A DNA stretch of 62,004 bases from a virus (Duplodnaviria; Caudoviricetes): IMG/VR virus record IMGVR_UViG_3300003669_000091, positions 1 through 62,004 of that record; one strand, written 5' to 3'. The translations under genes and the position numbers were made by a program. Under the pieces are notes generated by a model. It saw only the letters and a list, made by a program, of their open reading frames with translations. It had not been told where the DNA came from and made no database searches. Positions 56,811-62,004 of this stretch are shown in pieces. The stretch's first letter is position 1, and every line of letters begins with the position of its first letter.

Positions 56811-59197
56811 GCCACCTTCCGTACAGCCATCCACGGTGCGTTCAATTCGAGAGTTCCTTGCACCATCACCGGATTGACGCTGTTTCCGCACATGCGGACC
56901 TGGGCCGAGGTAGAGAACTTGCGCCCGTCGTGACCGCGATCAATGATGTAGTCGGCCGGAAAATCCTGACCGTTGAACAGTTCCCGCGGCTTGAGCATGC
57001 GCAACCTGATGTCGACGATCACGTAGGGAGTGCCATGGATGAGGACGGTCACCAAGGCGAGACGATCCTTCGTCGTGATCGTGTTGAGTGGCCTGTCCAG
57101 TTCGCTCCACTGGCCACCCTCGCTGTAGTACTCCATCAGGAAGGCCGCGACGCGCAAGGCACCCTCCTCGTCTTCCTTCGATAGCTGGCACTCCACCAGC
57201 CCAAGGCGGTTTTCCGTCGTAATGGTTGCCAGCGGGTCGGAAGCATCTCGGCAGCGGCTTGAATCGTCGGTGTAATAACTCGAGAGAAATGCCGAAACCA
57301 TGCCGTGATGCTCACCGCCGGCAGAAATCGTACGGATCGGCTCTTCGATGTCACGCCCATCACAGTTCTGGCGAAGGTGAGCCAGGTGTGCAGTCACCAA
57401 CTGCTGCTGGCTGCCGCTATTCGTGATGGTGGTCATCGGATCAGAAAGTTCGCGGCCTACCGTCGTGTTGAATCCGTCGTTCGCCTGCATCATGTAGGCC
57501 GTGACGACAGCGGTATCTGCCTTGGCGGTCACCGTATTCATCGGATCACCGGCTGTTTTCGGCTCACTCTGCCCGGCTCGGCCCCCAACGCCGGCCAGGA
57601 TCGCAGACGCTACAGCGTGACCTCCGCCGCTGGCTACAACGGTACCGAGCGGATGCTGAACATCCTTTACGCCGTGGCTTCTGCGCTTGGTATCGCCTTT
57701 CCCTTCTCCATGCCCAGCATGAACCATGACTGCTGCTGCAAGAGCCTGCTTGCATCCCTGTGCCACGACAGTGCCCATGGGAGCCTCGATATCTAGTGCG
57801 CGCGGCGCCTTCCCTTCGCGCTCGCCATAGCCAGTCTGCACAAGGGTTGCGGCGGCCAACATCGTCTCGCCGCGGTGGGCTGCCGTGATGGTCCGCATCG
57901 GGTCTTCAACGGAATGGACACGATCAGCGCCTTGATGCGTCACCGGGACCAAGACGGGTGAAGCGATACCCAATGCATGCGGGGCGCCGGCTGGCCGAGC
58001 GCTGCCAGCCCCCGAGGTGATCGTCGGCAACGGCTCATCCACACCATGCCCGATGCTATCGCCGCGGAACTTGGCGAGAACCGGTGTCGCGATGGCAAGG
58101 CCTCCTGTCGTTGTAATCGTGTTCAGGGGAGCCTCAACAGAATGAACTCCGTTCCTGAGTGCCGCACTGGTCTGATCGCAACGAACTATGGTTGGAGTCG
58201 CGAGCGCAAATTCACCGCCCTTGGTCGCTGCCGTGACGGTGCGAAGCGGATCGGTGATCGCATGCGCCGTGTCGGTTCCGTTGTAGTGCGCAATCGGCAC
58301 GATGAACGGATTGCCGTTATCCAGCACGTAGCGTTTGATGCCCTTGGCGATGCGACGCATGGTGGCCGGCGCCAGCGGCTTTGTCCGGGTGAAGATCGAC
58401 TTACCGATATCGGAGAAATCGATGCACTCTGCAGCTGCCTTCCACTTCTTCTGCTTCCCTTGCGGATTCTTGAAGAACTCCTTTTCCTGGAATAGGATCG
58501 GCTGACCATCACGGCGGGCAATCATGAACAGACGCTCGCGAGTAGTATGTCCGCCCATTTCAGAGGCGACGATGATTCGCCAATCAACCATATAGCCCAG
58601 TGATTCGAGCGTAGCGACGAACTTCCGCCAGGTTTGACCTTCACGCTTCGGGTCCGGAATGAGGTACTGGTTTTGCACCGGAACGCGCTCGCCGGGATTT
58701 GCAACGCGATTGATCTTCTTTCCCGTCGTCGGGCAAGGCATCACATCAAGCGTGACAACGCGACCAGTGGCCTTATCCCGCTTGGCGATCAGCGGGCCCC
58801 ATTTCAGCATCTGCTTCACGTTTTCCATGCTGATAACGTCGGGCAGCACCTGACCGGCCCAGCGTGGCAGTACCCATCCCAGCCCACGGATTTTCTTCGA
58901 GCGAGGCTGACCGCCTGCGGCTTGGCTGTGATGCGTGCAATCTGGGGAACCATGCAACCAACCTACCGGCCTACCTTGGGTCGCTCCGCGCGGATCCACT
59001 TCGAAAACATCGGCGATGAAGTGCCGCGTCAGCGGGTGGTTCATCCGGTGCATCGACAGCGCATCGTCGTTGTGATTGATGGCGATGTCCGGGCTCCGCC
59101 CAAACGCACGCTCAAAGGCGACGGACATTCCACCGCCACCAGCAAACAGATCGACGATCAGCTTTTCATGAACGTCGAGAATGAGTTGCTTGCCCAT
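56807..59197 (-). CDS. C5-cytosine DNA methyltransferase with tandem TRD-like repeats
   Basis: DLFAGGGG, SPDCTHHS, MENV, RERLF, RML.PREL..QDFP..Y, GNSV; start ATG 59197 after GGGAG. Confidence 0.92.
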   Translation of the reverse strand: MGKQLILDVHEKLIVDLFAGGGGMSVAFERAFGRSPDIAINHNDDALSMHRMNHPLTRHFIADVFEVDPRGATQGRPVGWLHGSPDCTHHSQAAGGQPRSKKIRGLGWVLPRWAGQVLPDVISMENVKQMLKWGPLIAKRDKATGRVVTLDVMPCPTTGKKINRVANPGERVPVQNQYLIPDPKREGQTWRKFVATLESLGYMVDWRIIVASEMGGHTTRERLFMIARRDGQPILFQEKEFFKNPQGKQKKWKAAAECIDFSDIGKSIFTRTKPLAPATMRRIAKGIKRYVLDNGNPFIVPIAHYNGTDTAHAITDPLRTVTAATKGGEFALATPTIVRCDQTSAALRNGVHSVEAPLNTITTTGGLAIATPVLAKFRGDSIGHGVDEPLPTITSGAGSARPAGAPHALGIASPVLVPVTHQGADRVHSVEDPMRTITAAHRGETMLAAATLVQTGYGEREGKAPRALDIEAPMGTVVAQGCKQALAAAVMVHAGHGEGKGDTKRRSHGVKDVQHPLGTVVASGGGHAVASAILAGVGGRAGQSEPKTAGDPMNTVTAKADTAVVTAYMMQANDGFNTTVGRELSDPMTTITNSGSQQQLVTAHLAHLRQNCDGRDIEEPIRTISAGGEHHGMVSAFLSSYYTDDSSRCRDASDPLATITTENRLGLVECQLSKEDEEGALRVAAFLMEYYSEGGQWSELDRPLNTITTKDRLALVTVLIHGTPYVIVDIRLRMLKPRELFNGQDFPADYIIDRGHDGRKFSTSAQVRMCGNSVNPVMVQGTLELNAPWMAVRKVA

Positions 59198-59288
59198 GCT
59201 ATAGTTGCTCCCGCTTTCAGCACGCCGCCCGGACCCGGCAAGGTCACCAACGGGCGGCATTTTCATTTCCGCTTGGCTCGGATGACGC

Positions 59289-59387
59289 CTAACCCTGTGG
59301 GTAGTCACTTACCCCAAGCGCTAGGTCTGTGATAACGATCATTGCCGTTACAAGAAGAGCCATCAGGAAATCCGTGATGACTTTCAC
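59289..59387 (-). CDS. 32-aa hydrophobic peptide
   Basis: GTG start; MKVITDFLMALLVTAMIVITDLALGVSDYPQG; fills the gap after cII. Confidence 0.3.
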   Translation of the reverse strand: MKVITDFLMALLVTAMIVITDLALGVSDYPQG

Positions 59388-59392
59388 GTTCT

Positions 59393-59854
59393 TCACCCGC
59401 GAACTGCCTTCAGCACCTGGCCAGCTGCTTGCATGAGTGACAGCAAAAGAGGCTCAAGCATCTGGCGCTCTGCAGCATTGAAATGGAAGTCCTTCGCCGC
59501 CTCGGTGCCCTTGCCGAACAACTCCGATGCAGTGCTGATCAGCGACAGGAAAAGGCGGACAGCCTCGGCAGGCGACTGATCTTCAAGCGCCATGTCCAGC
59601 GGAATCTGGTCGACGAGTTGTGCCAGAGCAAACATGGCGCGCTTGGCCTGGGCCAGAGTAATGATTTCCAGGATGGCGGCGAACGACGGCGGCGGCGCGT
59701 CGTGATCCGGGTTGATTCCATTCGACAACGTGTTGCCATTCATCCCCATTGCATCGGCCAGGGCACGAATGCCGCCAGGGAATTCCTTGGCATCTGCCTG
59801 GAGCGCGAGGAACAGCGCGCGATGAATCTCCTTGGTCGGTTTGTTGTGTCTCAT
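59393..59854 (-). CDS. cII: CII-family phage regulatory protein
   Basis: FPGGIRALADAMGMNGNTLSNGINPDH HTH; position after cro; SD GGGAG. Confidence 0.75.
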   Translation of the reverse strand: MRHNKPTKEIHRALFLALQADAKEFPGGIRALADAMGMNGNTLSNGINPDHDAPPPSFAAILEIITLAQAKRAMFALAQLVDQIPLDMALEDQSPAEAVRLFLSLISTASELFGKGTEAAKDFHFNAAERQMLEPLLLSLMQAAGQVLKAVRG

Positions 59855-59958
59855 GGCGAATCTCCCTTTTTGTTCGTCTAAATATTCATTTGGTATCGTG
59901 GAAAATGATCCACATGGACTTCAACTACTTAACCAACTATCAAGTAACCATCGCCCTG

Positions 59959-59996
59959 AAAAAAGGCGCCCCGGAGCGAAATGCTCTGCGGGGCGC
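59959..59996 (-). terminator. Intrinsic terminator after cro (tR1-like position)
   Basis: GCGCCCCG/CGGGGCGC stem with inner GAGC/GCTC pairs, then T6 on the minus strand. Confidence 0.75.
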
Positions 59997-60025
59997 TAGG
60001 AGGGAGACAGAGAAAATCATGGTGC

Positions 60026-60265
60026 TTAGGCCGCTTTTTTGTCGCAGCTTTGGTCAGAACTCTCTTCGCCCGCAGAAGATGAACTTGATGCTCTATTTTT
60101 CTCGAGCAGTCCGAAAATGGCAGTTCCGCGATCGAACGAGGTCGTCTTGTGTTTTCCTGTTCGCAACCGATAAACGATGCTCTGAGCGGCTTTGATTTCT
60201 TTACCGATTTCGGTATCGCTCATGCCTCTATCTACAAGTTCCTGGAGGGCAGTTTGAATATCCAT
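60026..60265 (-). CDS. cro: Cro-like repressor
   Basis: 79-aa HTH (GMSDTEIGKEIKAAQSIVYRLRTG), divergent from cI. Confidence 0.85.
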   Translation of the reverse strand: MDIQTALQELVDRGMSDTEIGKEIKAAQSIVYRLRTGKHKTTSFDRGTAIFGLLEKNRASSSSSAGEESSDQSCDKKAA

Positions 60266-60271
60266 ACGCCT

Positions 60272-60300
60272 AGTTTGATACGTTCGCGTAGCACTGTCAA
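60272..60300 (-). promoter_or_regulatory. pR-like promoter (TTGACA-17-CAAACT), leaderless to cro
   Basis: -35 at 60300-60295, -10 at 60277-60272, ATG after 6 nt. Confidence 0.75.
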
Positions 60301-60339
60301 TACGTTCGCGTGTTTGCCCTCGCCTATACGTTTGCGTAT
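60278..60339. promoter_or_regulatory. Three palindromic operators ATACG-TTYG-CGT(A/G)
   Basis: Copies at 60278-60290, 60300-60312, 60326-60339 overlapping both promoters. Confidence 0.85.
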
Positions 60340-60342
60340 TGT
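60314..60342 (+). promoter_or_regulatory. pRM-like promoter (TTGCCC-17-TATTGT), leaderless to cI
   Basis: -35 at 60314-60319, -10 at 60337-60342, ATG at 60350. Confidence 0.7.
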
Positions 60343-60349
60343 TGGTGAG

Positions 60350-61012
60350 ATGAGCTATATGCGACAGGTCCTTGCCGCCTTCATGGCATACCGAGACGAG
60401 AACGCCTACGACCTTGAGGATCGATCAACCGTCCCCCAGGCAACGATCAATCGCTACCTGACTGGGAAGCACAAAAATCTATCAGTCGATAATGCTAAGA
60501 AGATCGCCAGTGCATACGGCCTGTCGGTGAGCCAGTTTCGAGGTGATGTTCCCCTGTCTCGGGAACAGCAGATTCAGCTGCTGAACGGAAGCAAAAAGCA
60601 ACGCCACCATCTGATGGTCAAACACCATGTCCTTGATCCACTGCAAATCAAGAAAGGCAATCCATCGGTCACTGATGAATTGATTGAACTACACGCGTTC
60701 ATTGAAGAATTTGGACATGTACTGGAGCGCGATTCGGCGACAGTTTCCAATATGGAAAAGACTGAAACAACGTCCTCACACGATTCGGACGATTCAGCCC
60801 CATTGGCAGTAGTCAATCAACTATCCGCAGACGAAGAAATGATCCTGAATTTCTTCAAGCGTTCAGGTCAAGAAGTAAAGGATGCAATGCTTCGTATGGC
60901 TGGTCAGCAAAGCGTCATAAGTTCTACTACCGATACGCATAAATATGCGAGGAAGCGCTATCCATTGCCTGACATGTCAACTGGCAGAAGGAATAAAACC
61001 AAGGTACGCTGA
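60350..61012 (+). CDS. cI: CI-like repressor (XRE HTH; no recognisable S24 peptidase domain)
   Basis: NAYDLEDRSTVPQATINRYLTG..KKIASAYGLSVSQFRG; start moved to ATG 60350. Confidence 0.8.
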   Translation: MSYMRQVLAAFMAYRDENAYDLEDRSTVPQATINRYLTGKHKNLSVDNAKKIASAYGLSVSQFRGDVPLSREQQIQLLNGSKKQRHHLMVKHHVLDPLQIKKGNPSVTDELIELHAFIEEFGHVLERDSATVSNMEKTETTSSHDSDDSAPLAVVNQLSADEEMILNFFKRSGQEVKDAMLRMAGQQSVISSTTDTHKYARKRYPLPDMSTGRRNKTKVR

Positions 61013-61027
61013 CCGGCTTTTTGGCCA

Positions 61028-61270
61028 ATGAACAAACGACCACCGTACTCCATTGAAGGAACTCTTAACCTCGCTGTAGTAAGCGAACTTGAAGACCTGC
61101 TTGACCAGGCTCGCCGAGGGCAACTTTATGGTCTAGCCTATGTTTCTGTTGGACGCAATAATCAAATCGATGCCGGGTCTGCTGGAAATCTTGGGCGTGA
61201 TCACATCAAGGCCGTTGGTGCGCTGCACTTGGCTGTTTCGCTGGCTGAAACGGCAGCCTATGAATGTTAA
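61028..61270 (+). CDS. Hypothetical protein
   Basis: LEDLLDQARRGQLYGLAYV; follows cI. Confidence 0.6.
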   Translation: MNKRPPYSIEGTLNLAVVSELEDLLDQARRGQLYGLAYVSVGRNNQIDAGSAGNLGRDHIKAVGALHLAVSLAETAAYEC

Positions 61271-61563
61271 AATTGCTGCGGGATGAGTCAGCCGGCGCAT
61301 AGAACGCCGACCGCCCACCCCGCAGCAATGCGGTCACGTGACTGGGCTGTGCCCTGTTATTTGCGCCCGGTGCCAGCCGGGCGTTTTGTTCACTGCCGGG
61401 GAATATCTGCATAGCATTTTGCACCACTGTTAAACAATGCGCAACAAACAAACGGAAAACTGGTTTCCCTCAGTATTTGACTGCCAACATGCGTATTTGA
61501 TTACACACAATTAAAATACATGTCATAAAGCGATACAAAATATCAACATTTGGCGATATATAA

Positions 61564-62004
61564 ATGCGACTCTTATTTATTCTGGCAATTTTTCTGACTC
61601 CAGCTATCGGAATAGCTGAAAAGTCATCGGCCGCTCTACTCTCTAGAGATGAAATGTCGCAGATCGCTGGAACCATGTTTGAAAGCTATCGATACGGTCG
61701 CGTTAATCAAATGGCCAGGGATGAAAACGACTGCTGGGAAGATTCAACGCGTCTCAATAAAATTGATTCGGCAATCATCGCTGGTTGCGCTACTGCAGCT
61801 ATCGCCGGCGGACTGATCGAAGCCTCGTACGCAAGATCCCAGCGACGTAGCCCACATCCGAAATACACGGGTGATGCGATCCGGGATAGGATCATGGTAA
61901 GGTCCCGGCTGAGCAGCACTGAAACGCAGAACATTCTGGACATAACTGTGCGACCAAACATTGATGCCATCATCAGCGGGCTATCTGGCGCCGGGATGCG
62001 CTAG
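61564..62004 (+). CDS. Exported protein with signal peptide (moron-like)
   Basis: MRLLFILAIFLTPAIGIA leader, two Cys; AT-rich upstream region. Confidence 0.7.
   Translation: MRLLFILAIFLTPAIGIAEKSSAALLSRDEMSQIAGTMFESYRYGRVNQMARDENDCWEDSTRLNKIDSAIIAGCATAAIAGGLIEASYARSQRRSPHPKYTGDAIRDRIMVRSRLSSTETQNILDITVRPNIDAIISGLSGAGMR

Noticed and set aside
59224-59268. GCCGCCCG/CGGGCGGC inverted repeat as an OOP-like antisense RNA terminator
   Set aside because: Long loop, weak U tract, no promoter identified, and such an RNA would not overlap cII.

Overview
The whole window is one temperate tailed phage (prophage) from a GC-rich, probably proteobacterial host, clipped at both ends; no integrase, att site or plasmid replicon is visible. 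A lambdoid-type switch lies at the right end: cI (+) / cro / cII (-), with three palindromic operators and back-to-back leaderless promoters. From there the minus strand carries a DNA-modification cluster (C5 methyltransferase with about 11 repeats, SNF2-methyltransferase fusion, PAPS-reductase-like protein, MmcB-like nuclease), O/P-like replication genes with iterons, nin-like genes, an HTH regulator and the small terminase. A 5.5 kb accessory cassette follows (Mom-like, AlpA, antirepressor, HEXXH peptidase, Tad2-like, HhH protein). Next come a P1 PacB-like large terminase and a P1-like contractile-tail virion module (protease, portal, capsid, sheath, tube, baseplate, tape measure, fibres) with an Hdf/DarA/DdrB-like antirestriction cluster, an extra fibre-like operon, and lysis genes. 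The strongest non-obvious signal is a late-gene control system. Seven intergenic sites read GGAAAAC-N28-(-10 hexamer) with invariant spacing, one before each virion operon. Two of them give leaderless mRNAs; the other five have an inverted repeat that would mask the start region only in longer read-through transcripts. Product calls come from motif recognition and gene order only; no searches were run.
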